A stretch of DNA of 25,731 bases from Bacteriovoracaceae bacterium. Lineage in GTDB: Bacteria > Bdellovibrionota > Bacteriovoracia > Bacteriovoracales > Bacteriovoracaceae. This document shows positions 16,213 through 24,772 of the stretch, in pieces; position 1 is the first letter of the stretch, and the number at the start of each line of letters is the position of its first letter. The notes under the pieces were generated by a model that did no database searches, was not told the origin of the DNA, and worked only from the letters and a program-made list of their open reading frames with translations. The position numbers were made by a program, and so were the translations under genes. The stretch is from NCBI GenBank assembly GCA_049599895.1, contig JBMYPC010000032.1, positions 1 to 25,731 on the forward strand, given 5' to 3'.

Positions 16213-16454
16213 AAATTCGCTCCTCATTTCTAAAGTTGATCGTTCTACAATGTTGTTATGGGTCACAATCTTTTATTCAATTAATAATTTAAGCTAAATC
16301 TTTGAAAGAAGGAGTGAGTTAGGTAGCTCGAGAACTTGATTTATCTCAGTTTTGCTTTTTTTCATCGGTCTCAGTGATTATCAAGCATAGCTATTGGCAA
16401 AGCCCGATAAAAGCTTTTTAATTTAAAAAACTAATAATTTGGAGTATTTGCGTT

Positions 16455-17429
16455 ATGTCAAAACAACCGAATCCGTTCGATCAAATGAAGACCAACCTCA
16501 AGGCAACTGGGGCAACAATTGCTTTAATTCTAGTGGCCATCATGGCCTATAGTTCTTTTTATACAGTAGAGCCCGATGAGCAAGCCGTCGTCATACGTCT
16601 TGGAAAGTACCACACAACTAATGGCAGTGGTCTTCACTTTAAAATGCCGTTTAATCTCGACAAGGTCATTAAAGTTAAAGTGACGAGAGTTCTGCAAGAA
16701 GAATTTGGCTTTAGAACTTTAAGCACTCGATCACAAAGAACTAAGTACTCCAATAGAGATTATAATGATGAATCCTTGATGCTGACAGGGGACCTTAACG
16801 TTGCCGACGTTGAATGGGTTGTTCAATACCGAATCTCAAACCCTTTTAACTATCTTTTTAAAACTAAAGAAAGAACGAAAAATATCCGAGATGTTTCCGA
16901 GTCTATTATGAGAAGAGTGGTTGGGGATCGCTCCGTATCGGAAGTTTTAACTTACGGTAGGGTTGAAATCGAGACTCAAGCAAAAGAACTTGTTCAAGAG
17001 GTTCTTGATAAATACGAAATGGGAATTCGTATCCAGTCGGTAAAACTCCAAGATGTTAATCCTCCTGAGGTCGTCAAAGATTCTTTCAATGAAGTCAATG
17101 AGGCCAAACAAGAGCAGGAGAAGGCGATCAACCAAGCAGAGAAGGGTTATAATTCGATTATTCCTGAAGCAAGAGGTAAGGCCCAGAAACAAATTCAAGA
17201 AGCGCAAGCTTACTCTACTGCACTTGTGAATCGATCTTTAGGGGACGCTGAAAAGTTTACGGCAATTCTAAAAGAATACCGAAAGGCGCCAAGTATCACT
17301 CGAAAAAGAATCTATATTGAAACAATGGAAGAAGTGTTCACAAAAATCAATGACATTACGATTGTTGATCCTAAAGTGAAAGGGTTATTGCCAATTTATC
17401 AAAATCAAATTTCTGGAGGGTCACGCTAA
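16455..17429 (+). CDS. hflK: FtsH protease modulator HflK
   Basis: N-terminal TM and SPFH domain; MLTGDLNVADV, DVNPPEVVKDSFNEV, IIPEARG, TRKRIYIETME. Confidence 0.95.
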   Translation: MSKQPNPFDQMKTNLKATGATIALILVAIMAYSSFYTVEPDEQAVVIRLGKYHTTNGSGLHFKMPFNLDKVIKVKVTRVLQEEFGFRTLSTRSQRTKYSNRDYNDESLMLTGDLNVADVEWVVQYRISNPFNYLFKTKERTKNIRDVSESIMRRVVGDRSVSEVLTYGRVEIETQAKELVQEVLDKYEMGIRIQSVKLQDVNPPEVVKDSFNEVNEAKQEQEKAINQAEKGYNSIIPEARGKAQKQIQEAQAYSTALVNRSLGDAEKFTAILKEYRKAPSITRKRIYIETMEEVFTKINDITIVDPKVKGLLPIYQNQISGGSR

Positions 17430-18391
17430 TGAAATCAGGATTAGGACTCATTCTCTTTTTTGCTGCTTTAATCACGTTTAATTCATCTTTTTATATCATT
17501 CAAGAAGGGCGACAAGCAATCATCACTCAGTTTGGTCAACCAATAGGAGAGCCTATTGTTGAAGCTGGTGCTCGATTTAAAACACCCTTCATTCAAGAAG
17601 TGAGGTATGTGGATAAAAGGATTCTTTCTTGGGACGGTTTTCCAAATCAAATTCCAACGAAAGATAAAAAGTATATCTCTGTTGACACTACCGCTAGGTG
17701 GAGAGTTGTTAATGCTCTTGAGTTTATTAAGTCGGTTAAAAATGAAAGAGGAGCAAAGGACAAACTAGATGCTATTCTTGATGCCGCAACAAGGAATGTT
17801 ATCTCAAACCATAATCTCGTTGAAGCTGTTCGAAATGGAAATGATATCTTAAATAAGATTCAGGAAAGAAAGGACGCAGTGAAAAAACGAATCCAATCTG
17901 GAGAAGAGGTTGTTGATGAAGAGGTTACTGGCGAAATTGAAAATGTTGGAGTTGGGCGAGAAAAGCTAAGCGAAATGATTAAAGAGCTTGCTATTGGAGA
18001 GTTAAAAGAATTTGGAATCGATTTGATTGATGTTCAGCTTCGAAGAATTTCCTATGAAGCGTCGGTTGAGAAGAAAGTCTACGAAAGAATGATTTCAGAA
18101 AGACAAAGAATTGCTCAAAAAATTCGCTCTATCGGTCAAGGTGAAAAGTCTAATATCGAAGGACGGATTCAAAAAGATTTAAAAGAGATCGAATCTGAAG
18201 CCTATCGAAAAGCACAAAAAATTCGCGGTGAAGGAGAGGCCAAGGCTTTTAAAATCTATGCGGATTCTCTTTCAAAAGATCCAAAGTTTTACGAGTTTAT
18301 ACGATCGATGGAAGCTTATAAAAGGTCAATTAAACCAGATTCAAAGTTTATTATTTCACCTGATTCAGAATACTTTAAGTTCTTAAAATAA
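17429..18391 (+). CDS. hflC: FtsH protease modulator HflC
   Basis: ITQFGQP, TKDKK, VYERMISERQRIA, RGEGEA, DPKFYEFIRSMEAY. TAATG overlap with hflK. Confidence 0.95.
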   Translation: MKSGLGLILFFAALITFNSSFYIIQEGRQAIITQFGQPIGEPIVEAGARFKTPFIQEVRYVDKRILSWDGFPNQIPTKDKKYISVDTTARWRVVNALEFIKSVKNERGAKDKLDAILDAATRNVISNHNLVEAVRNGNDILNKIQERKDAVKKRIQSGEEVVDEEVTGEIENVGVGREKLSEMIKELAIGELKEFGIDLIDVQLRRISYEASVEKKVYERMISERQRIAQKIRSIGQGEKSNIEGRIQKDLKEIESEAYRKAQKIRGEGEAKAFKIYADSLSKDPKFYEFIRSMEAYKRSIKPDSKFIISPDSEYFKFLK

Positions 18392-18417
18392 AAAAGGCCT
18401 TCCTATTGGGAAGGCCT
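18390..18417 (-). terminator. Rho-independent terminator between convergent hflC and the repeat-protein gene
   Basis: AGGCCTTCC-TATTG-GGAAGGCCT preceded by an A-tract, which is a U-tract on the minus strand. Confidence 0.8.
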
Positions 18418-18447
18418 GATCTGAACTAATCTTAAAAATAAGTTGAA

Positions 18448-19518
18448 CTATCTATTTCTGTTTCGACAAAGTCCCTTAGATTGCATATCAGAAAGATTTG
18501 ATTCCGCAGTTGATCTAAAAGATGTTGAGTTACTAAATTTCGCTCCATCTCTTAAAACATAGAACTTTCCAGAGTTGCTTCTTTGAATGCGACATCTTGT
18601 AGGTCTTTCTTGTAGGCAAAGGTTTGCGTTTGTGTATTCTCTTAAGTTTGAATACGCTGTTGATAAGAAAGATGTTGAGTTCGCTGATTTGTTATAGTTT
18701 TTAGTTACGTAATAAGAACCGTTACTATAAGCAATGTCACAAGTAGAATTTCTTTTTTCAACATAGCAAAGATCAACCGATTTATATTCTCTCAGTGAGC
18801 TTAGAGCTGTTGAGAAGAACGATGTTGAGTTACTTGCTTTTCTTCCTTCTTTAGTCACGTAGAACTTCCCATTACTGTAAGCAACTGTACAAAGGCTTGA
18901 TGTTGCTTCGTAACACTCACCTCTATTTAACATTCTTTTAAAGTCACTTTTAGCTGTGCTGAAAAATGATGATGAATTTGTTGCCTTGCGACCATCAACT
19001 GAAACATAGAACTTTCCGTTACTGTACTCAATGTCACATGAACCATATCTTGGTCTTGGACGTGGTCTTGGAGTTGGGTTGTATCTTCCAGGTCTTGAAT
19101 AAACAAGAAGTGTCCCTTCTGATCCCCAAGGAATGGCTGATGATGCACTAATTCTGATATTTGTCACAGCTCTGTTCTGTCCGTTATTTCGGTTTGGAAT
19201 GCGAACAACAACTCTTTCATTTTCTCTTAGAGAGAAATCTCCTCGAGAGATTTGAGGGTCGTTATCAAGAACAGTCAATTGTCGACCAGATCTGAATGTA
19301 AAAGTAATTTTAGCAATTGTGATTGCTTCATCTTTGGCTTCAAAGATGTAGACATTGTTTCTCCGGATCCCTCGCTCAACGTCTAGCGACCTAGAGCTAC
19401 CGATAAATTTTTTGAATTTCCCTGTTTCTCCGACAAAGTCAGAGCTTCTTCTTTGAGCCGAAGCTTCAAGAGCAAGAAATGTTGTCAAGAAAAGACTACA
19501 TACTGCGATTAATTTCAT
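18448..19518 (-). CDS. Secreted basic protein: N-terminal beta-rich domain, Pro/Arg linker, four Cys-bounded repeats
   Basis: Signal peptide ending ASA, linker PTPRPRPRPR, four tandem repeats. GGGGGA RBS. Confidence 0.82.
   Translation of the reverse strand: MKLIAVCSLFLTTFLALEASAQRRSSDFVGETGKFKKFIGSSRSLDVERGIRRNNVYIFEAKDEAITIAKITFTFRSGRQLTVLDNDPQISRGDFSLRENERVVVRIPNRNNGQNRAVTNIRISASSAIPWGSEGTLLVYSRPGRYNPTPRPRPRPRYGSCDIEYSNGKFYVSVDGRKATNSSSFFSTAKSDFKRMLNRGECYEATSSLCTVAYSNGKFYVTKEGRKASNSTSFFSTALSSLREYKSVDLCYVEKRNSTCDIAYSNGSYYVTKNYNKSANSTSFLSTAYSNLREYTNANLCLQERPTRCRIQRSNSGKFYVLRDGAKFSNSTSFRSTAESNLSDMQSKGLCRNRNR
18466..19038 (-). repeat. Four tandem ~49-aa repeats C-x3-YSNGKFYV-x3-G-x-K-x2-NSTSF-x-STA-x-S-x-L-x8-C
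   Basis: Units of 49, 50, 49 and 43 aa read directly from the translation. DNA echoes such as GATGTTGAGTT occur three times. Confidence 0.9.
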
Positions 19519-19843
19519 AGGTCCCCCTGTAGATTTTTTGTTGTTTGGTATTTTCTTTATGATTCCGTGAAAAAGCCTAAAAAAAATTCAACCTTATTGT
19601 TGAAACTGGTTTAATAAATGAAATTTTTTTCACGGTATGTAAAATCTAATGTGAAATATTTACAGACATAAGCCCTGAAGGGTTATGCGGGGCGTTTTTT
19701 GAATTTTGCAAGGTGTGTTGGCGAGAGGTACCTCTCTGAGCTATTCTAGCGATGATTAACAATAAATATAAACTGATTTCAATAGCTTAGATTGGAAGTC
19801 GCTGGATGAAACTTCATTTCAGGCTAATTTCGAAGGGAAAATT

Positions 19844-22069
19844 ATGAGTGATACCAAAGGAAAAATTTATTACACGATAACAGATGAGGCTCCTTATTTG
19901 GCCACACAATCTTTTTTGCCAATTGTGAAGGCCTTTACTTCCACAGCTGGAATAGAGGTTGAGACTAAAGATATTTCTCTTTCAGGAAGAGTGATTGCTC
20001 AGTTTCCAGAAAGACTAAACGATGATCAAAAAATTGGAGATGCTTTAACAGAATTAGGAGAACTTGCAAAAACTCCTAAGGCCAATATCATTAAGCTTCC
20101 TAATATCAGTGCTTCCATCCCTCAGTTAAAAGCTTGTATTTCTGAACTTCAGGTCAGTGGTTATAACCTTCCTGATTTTCCAGAAGATCCTTGTACAGAA
20201 GAAGAAAAAGAGATTAGAGCAAAGTACGCTAAAGTTCTCGGTTCTGCTGTTAACCCTGTTCTAAGAGAAGGAAACTCTGATCGAAGAGTGGCGGGTCCTG
20301 TTAAAGAGTTTGCAAAAGCCAATCCTCATTCAATGGGTGAGTGGAGTTCTGATTCTAAAAGTCATGTTGCTTCAATGACAGAAGGTGATTTCTATTCATC
20401 TGAAAAGTCTGTTCGAATGGAGAATGAAACTGATGTCAGAATTGAGTTTGTGAGTGACTCTGGTGAATCAAAAGTTTTAAAAGAAAGTACTAAGCTTTTG
20501 AGTGGTGAAGTTCTTGATTGTTCAGTTATGAATACTTCTAAGCTTCGCTCATATTTTCAATCAGAGATTGAAGATTGTAAAAATCAAGGTCTTCTTCTTT
20601 CCCTTCATTTTAAAGCGACAATGATGAAAGTTTCTGATCCTATTATGTTTGGTCATGCACTTGAAGTTTATTTTAAAGATGTCTTTGAAAAATATTCTGA
20701 TGAGTTTGATAAACTAGGAGTTAATTCAAGACTGGGTTTAGGTGATCTTTTTAAGAAGATTGAAGGCTCAAGTCTTAAAGGTGAAATTACAGCATTAATT
20801 GAGGAAACCTTAAAAAATAATCCAGATCTTGCAATGGTTGATTCAGATAATGGAATTACCAACCTTCATGTTCCAAGTGATGTCATTATTGATGCTTCAA
20901 TGCCAGCAATGATTCGATCTTCAGGGAAAATGTGGGGACCAGATGGAAAACTTCACGATACAAAGGCCCTCATTCCAGATCGCTCTTATGCTGGTGTTTA
21001 CCAAAAAACAGTTGAGTTTTGTAAGGAACACGGTGCTTTTGATCCAAAGACGATGGGCAATGTTTCTAATGTGGGCCTTATGGCGAAAAAAGCTGAAGAG
21101 TATGGTTCACATGATAAAACATTTGAAATCGAAGGATCAGGAAAAGTCCTTATTAAAGACGCAAGCGGCAATGTCCTAATGGAGCAAACAGTTGAAAAAG
21201 GAGACATCTGGAGAGCTTGCCAGACAAAAGATATTGCTATTAAAGATTGGGTTCGCTTAGCTGTTTCAAGAGCAAAGGCCACAAATAACCCTGTTGTTTT
21301 TTGGCTCGATGAGAAAAGAGCTCACGATGCGAATCTTATTAAACTTGTGAACCAGTATTTAGGAGATCACGATACAAATGGCCTTGAGGTTAAAATTTTG
21401 GCGCCAACTGAGGCAGCGGCCTATTCTCTAGAAAGAGTGAAAGCAGGTGCTGATACAATTTCAGCAACTGGAAATGTTCTTAGAGATTATTTAACGGACC
21501 TCTTTCCAATTCTTGAGCTTGGGACAAGTGCCAAGATGCTTTCCATTGTTCCGCTTCTTGCTGGTGGGGGATTGTATGAAACAGGTGCAGGTGGTTCTGC
21601 TCCAAAACATGTTCAACAATTCACAAAAGAGAATCACCTGAGATGGGATTCATTAGGGGAGTTTTTAGCTCTTGGAGTTTCAATTGAAGATCTTTCAGAG
21701 AAAACAAATAACTCTAAGGCAAAAGTCTTAGCGGCAGCTCTTGATAAGGCCAATTCACAAGTCCTAAGTGAAAAGCGTTCTCCCTCTCGTAAAGTAGGTG
21801 AGATGGATAACAGAGGAAGTCACTTTTATCTTGCTCTCTATTGGGCAAAGGCCTTAAGTGAGCAAACAGAAGACGGTGAATTACAATCAACGTTTTCAAG
21901 AATTGCTTCAGAGCTTGAAGCGAATGAGAGTGAAATCATTTCTGAACTTAATAAGGTTCAAGGGACTGCAATTGACATGGGTGGATATTATAGACCTGAC
22001 GTCGAAAAAGTTTCAAAGGCCATGAGACCTTGTGAAAAATTAAACCAAACAATAAACTCTTTACTTTAA
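19844..22069 (+). CDS. icd: Monomeric NADP-dependent isocitrate dehydrogenase
   Basis: 741 aa; [73 protein letters not shown]. Confidence 0.98.
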   Translation: MSDTKGKIYYTITDEAPYLATQSFLPIVKAFTSTAGIEVETKDISLSGRVIAQFPERLNDDQKIGDALTELGELAKTPKANIIKLPNISASIPQLKACISELQVSGYNLPDFPEDPCTEEEKEIRAKYAKVLGSAVNPVLREGNSDRRVAGPVKEFAKANPHSMGEWSSDSKSHVASMTEGDFYSSEKSVRMENETDVRIEFVSDSGESKVLKESTKLLSGEVLDCSVMNTSKLRSYFQSEIEDCKNQGLLLSLHFKATMMKVSDPIMFGHALEVYFKDVFEKYSDEFDKLGVNSRLGLGDLFKKIEGSSLKGEITALIEETLKNNPDLAMVDSDNGITNLHVPSDVIIDASMPAMIRSSGKMWGPDGKLHDTKALIPDRSYAGVYQKTVEFCKEHGAFDPKTMGNVSNVGLMAKKAEEYGSHDKTFEIEGSGKVLIKDASGNVLMEQTVEKGDIWRACQTKDIAIKDWVRLAVSRAKATNNPVVFWLDEKRAHDANLIKLVNQYLGDHDTNGLEVKILAPTEAAAYSLERVKAGADTISATGNVLRDYLTDLFPILELGTSAKMLSIVPLLAGGGLYETGAGGSAPKHVQQFTKENHLRWDSLGEFLALGVSIEDLSEKTNNSKAKVLAAALDKANSQVLSEKRSPSRKVGEMDNRGSHFYLALYWAKALSEQTEDGELQSTFSRIASELEANESEIISELNKVQGTAIDMGGYYRPDVEKVSKAMRPCEKLNQTINSLL

Positions 22070-22074
22070 TTAAG

Positions 22075-22101
22075 AAAAGGCCAGCTTCTCGCTGGCCTTT
22101 T
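22075..22101. terminator. Bidirectional Rho-independent terminator
   Basis: AAAAGGCCAGC-TTCTC-GCTGGCCTTTT between convergent stop codons. Confidence 0.9.
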
Positions 22102-22358
22102 TATTTTCCGATCGCTCCAAGGACTCTTTTCATAAAACCATTAAGTGCTTCTTTTTGAGACTTTCCGTTTTTGATTTCTTTATCGACTTCAATCGCTCCA
22201 TAAAAGTTCGAAAGAAGTTCCCCAATGACATCGAGCTCTTCATCTTTTAGGCCTTTGGCCTGAGAGACATGTTCCAAAACTTCAATTGTTTCATGAACAA
22301 AGTCTTCATCGTTTTGTTCAATAAACTCTATAACACTTTTAATTACCGGCAATTTCAT
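22101..22358 (-). CDS. Small helical conserved protein (DUF6952-like) coupled to thioredoxin
   Basis: MKLPVIK...DEELDVIGELLSN.YGAIEV...KEALNGFMKRVLGAI recalled as the family that follows WCGNC thioredoxins. Overlaps the trx stop. Confidence 0.75.
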   Translation of the reverse strand: MKLPVIKSVIEFIEQNDEDFVHETIEVLEHVSQAKGLKDEELDVIGELLSNFYGAIEVDKEIKNGKSQKEALNGFMKRVLGAIGK

Positions 22359-22650
22359 CGACGAGCTCCTTTACAAGATCTATCTTATTGCCTTGATTTT
22401 GTTTGACTAACTTCCCATCAGAAAAAGCTGCAAAAGTTGGAAGATTTTCAATTGCTGCAAACTCTCGAGTTCCTGGAAGTTTTTCTGCATCGACATATAA
22501 AAATGAGATTCCTTGATGCTCATCAGCAAGTCTCTTAAATTTAGGCTTAATCATACGGCAATTCCCACACCAAGGGGCACCAAACTGCACAATGGTTTTA
22601 GGGTTGTTTTTAAGGAATTCACCTAAGTTGTCTTCTTGTAGTTCATGCAT
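22339..22650 (-). CDS. Thioredoxin (WCGNC)
   Basis: VQFGAPWCGNCRMIKP, YVDAE, cis-Pro NLPTF. GGAGG RBS before ATG 22650. Confidence 0.92.
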   Translation of the reverse strand: MHELQEDNLGEFLKNNPKTIVQFGAPWCGNCRMIKPKFKRLADEHQGISFLYVDAEKLPGTREFAAIENLPTFAAFSDGKLVKQNQGNKIDLVKELVDEIAGN

Positions 22651-22716
22651 ATCTGCCTCCTGGTTCAACGATTAACACTATGGTCTAATAATCGACGAGA
22701 TCGTCTAAATATTCAA

Positions 22717-22752
22717 ATATATTGTGATTATACGTCCATCAATTTTATCTAT
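22717..22752. promoter_or_regulatory. Possible LysR/OxyR-type operator upstream of thioredoxin
   Basis: ATAT-N7-TTAT-N6-ATCA-N7-CTAT; two T-N11-A dyads with an imperfect match to ATAG-N7-CTAT-N7-ATAG-N7-CTAT. Confidence 0.35.
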
Positions 22753-22829
22753 GCGTCCATCTGTAGGAGGTTGTTAGTATTCAGAATCAAAAGACTTTGC
22801 TAATTTTGACCAAAATAAAGGAAATTGAA

Positions 22830-23609
22830 ATGAAATATCTTAAGACCCTAAGCCTTGTGTTAAGCATTGTTTTCTTCTCTTATGTTAAAGCTGACACCTA
22901 TGTGGTAGTGGACCTTGATGAAACAGTAAGACAATCAAACGTACTAAATAAAGCAGATGCTCTTTTTCGAATTATAAGTAATCGAGTCTCCACCTATGAA
23001 GGAATGAGACATATCCTTAAAAGTCTTGAAGAAGATCGAATTGAAAAAGGTGAAGGTATTAAGTTTTTCTATATTAGCGCTTCATTTAATTGGCTCTATG
23101 ATGCAGAGTCATGGCTTGAGAAATATGACTTTCCGGTAGGTGAGATTAATCAACGAACTCTAGGGGAAAAAACCAAAGAGTATAAAATTCAAACAATATT
23201 GAGTCATCTTTCAGCAACTGTATTAGAGACAGATGAAGTGATCTTTATTGGAGACAATGCAGAACACGATCCAGAAGTTTATCAAACAGTATCAAAACGA
23301 TTAGACTTAGCTTTTGCCCCGAAAGTATTCATCAGAGATATAAAGGGAGAGCAAATGATATTTAAGAAAAGTCGTCGTGAAGGCGTTTTTTACTTTCTTA
23401 GCGTTTTTGAAATTTTAAAATCTAAAATTAAAGAATTAAAGATTGAAAAGCTTGATCACCAAAAGTTTCTTATCAAACGTGATCGTTTAATTCCTCAATA
23501 CACTCGAAAGAGAATATCGAAAAAACTTGGTAAGAAGCGATCTCAAGGATTTTTTAAACACTATTATCAGAAGTATTTAGCTTATATCAACGCTTTAATC
23601 GTTTATTAA
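22830..23609 (+). CDS. Secreted HAD-superfamily phosphatase (App1/DUF2183-like)
   Basis: Signal peptide ending VKA; HAD motif I VVDLDETV, motif II YISAS, motif III K (YK) and motif IV FIGDNAEHDPEVY. AAGGA RBS before ATG 22830. Confidence 0.8.
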   Translation: MKYLKTLSLVLSIVFFSYVKADTYVVVDLDETVRQSNVLNKADALFRIISNRVSTYEGMRHILKSLEEDRIEKGEGIKFFYISASFNWLYDAESWLEKYDFPVGEINQRTLGEKTKEYKIQTILSHLSATVLETDEVIFIGDNAEHDPEVYQTVSKRLDLAFAPKVFIRDIKGEQMIFKKSRREGVFYFLSVFEILKSKIKELKIEKLDHQKFLIKRDRLIPQYTRKRISKKLGKKRSQGFFKHYYQKYLAYINALIVY

Positions 23610-23721
23610 GCTGAAGCAAGAGTTCTTCTTTGATCAAGTTAGCGGGAAGTGTTTTGACTCTGATGGACAAGAGGGCAAACAAAAAGATTTCTTTGGGGAA
23701 TGCGGTGATGGTGCAGGTTCA

Positions 23722-24025
23722 GCACTTAATCTCTCTTTAAATAATGGAAAGGTTGTCCTTGGTTCACAAAAAGGGATGCGGAACTTGTCATGCTCAGGAC
23801 CAGGCACTCGATAGTGCTGGAATTACAAAAGCAAAGAATGTGACTTTTTTAAAAGTTCAAAGAAAGAACTCTGATCATACAAGAATTTATGAAAAGTATG
23901 GTTTTTCATCACGTCAGTGGGCAGCGATGATTCTCCTTGATAAAAAGGGTGAGATTATTTCTAAGGTTGCTCCAGGGACAACAAGAGGATCTCAAATCTC
24001 TAACTTTGTTCAAAAGGCCATTTAA
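23722..24025 (+). pseudogene. Thioredoxin-fold CxxC protein, frameshifted and 5'-truncated
   Basis: ALNLSLNNGKVVLG in one frame joins HKKGCGTCHAQ in the next at 23764 (GGT T CAC). No RBS or signal peptide before the fallback ATG 23744. Directly upstream of ccdA. Confidence 0.6.
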
Positions 24026-24046
24026 GAAAGTTAAGAGGAGGAGCAT

Positions 24047-24757
24047 ATGTTGACTCAATACAGTTTAGGTTTTGTTGCAGGAGGCTTGAGCTTATTGGCC
24101 CCTTGTGTTCTTCCTCTTATTCCTATTATTTTTGGAAGCTCTCTTCGAGCTTCCAAGTTAGGACCTTTTGCCAATGCTTTAGGTCTCACTTTTTCATTTA
24201 CTCTTGTGGGAATTCTCACAAGTTTATTTTCATCGATTTTTAATGTTGATGTGATTCAAAAAGTTGGTGCTGTAATCTTAGTAATTGTTGGTCTTGTTTT
24301 CATTATTCCTAAGCTTAAAGACTCTCTCACGGATAAGCTTTCATTTGTGAGCAACAAAGGCAACCAGCTTCAAGGGAAAGTTCAATCAAAGGGCGTGTGG
24401 TCAGAGTTTTTAATGGGATCGTTATTAGGAATCATTTGGGGGCCATGTAGTGGACCGACTTTAGCATTTGCTTTTGGAATTGCGACTCAAGCAGAGCGGG
24501 CTTTTGAAGCTTCAATGATTTTTTTCTTTTTTGGTCTTGGGGCAGGACTGGGGCTTGTATCATTAGGGTTATTACTTCGAAAGTTTTCAGGGCTTATTGG
24601 TTTTCTTATGAAACATAATAAACTCATGAACAGCATCACAGGTGCGACATCAATTATTATTGGTCTTATGATTATGACTGGATCATTAGCCGACTTTGAA
24701 GAGCTGATTATTCAGCATTTGCCGAATTGGTTTGTTCAGCTCTCCACATCAATATAA
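24047..24757 (+). CDS. ccdA: Cytochrome c biogenesis CcdA / DsbD transmembrane domain protein
   Basis: About six TM segments with the conserved LAPCVLPLIP and WGPCSGP Cys pair. GAGGAG RBS. Confidence 0.88.
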   Translation: MLTQYSLGFVAGGLSLLAPCVLPLIPIIFGSSLRASKLGPFANALGLTFSFTLVGILTSLFSSIFNVDVIQKVGAVILVIVGLVFIIPKLKDSLTDKLSFVSNKGNQLQGKVQSKGVWSEFLMGSLLGIIWGPCSGPTLAFAFGIATQAERAFEASMIFFFFGLGAGLGLVSLGLLLRKFSGLIGFLMKHNKLMNSITGATSIIIGLMIMTGSLADFEELIIQHLPNWFVQLSTSI

Positions 24758-24772
24758 ATTAAGAAAACTGAT

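Noticed and set aside
18466..19038. CRISPR-like or DNA tandem array
   Set aside because: Repeats are degenerate, in frame and ~147-150 nt in period; they are protein-domain repeats.
3760..22710. Recurrent GTC(T/A)AA words in intergenic regions (3767, 5558, 10732, 13333, 22683, 22703)
   Set aside because: Too short and variable to distinguish from chance or from reverse-strand -35 boxes without genome-wide statistics.
23744..24025. CGTCH as a heme c attachment site
   Set aside because: Context (beta strand-H-x3-CxxC-xAQ, FLKV, next to ccdA) indicates a thioredoxin fold; no export signal.
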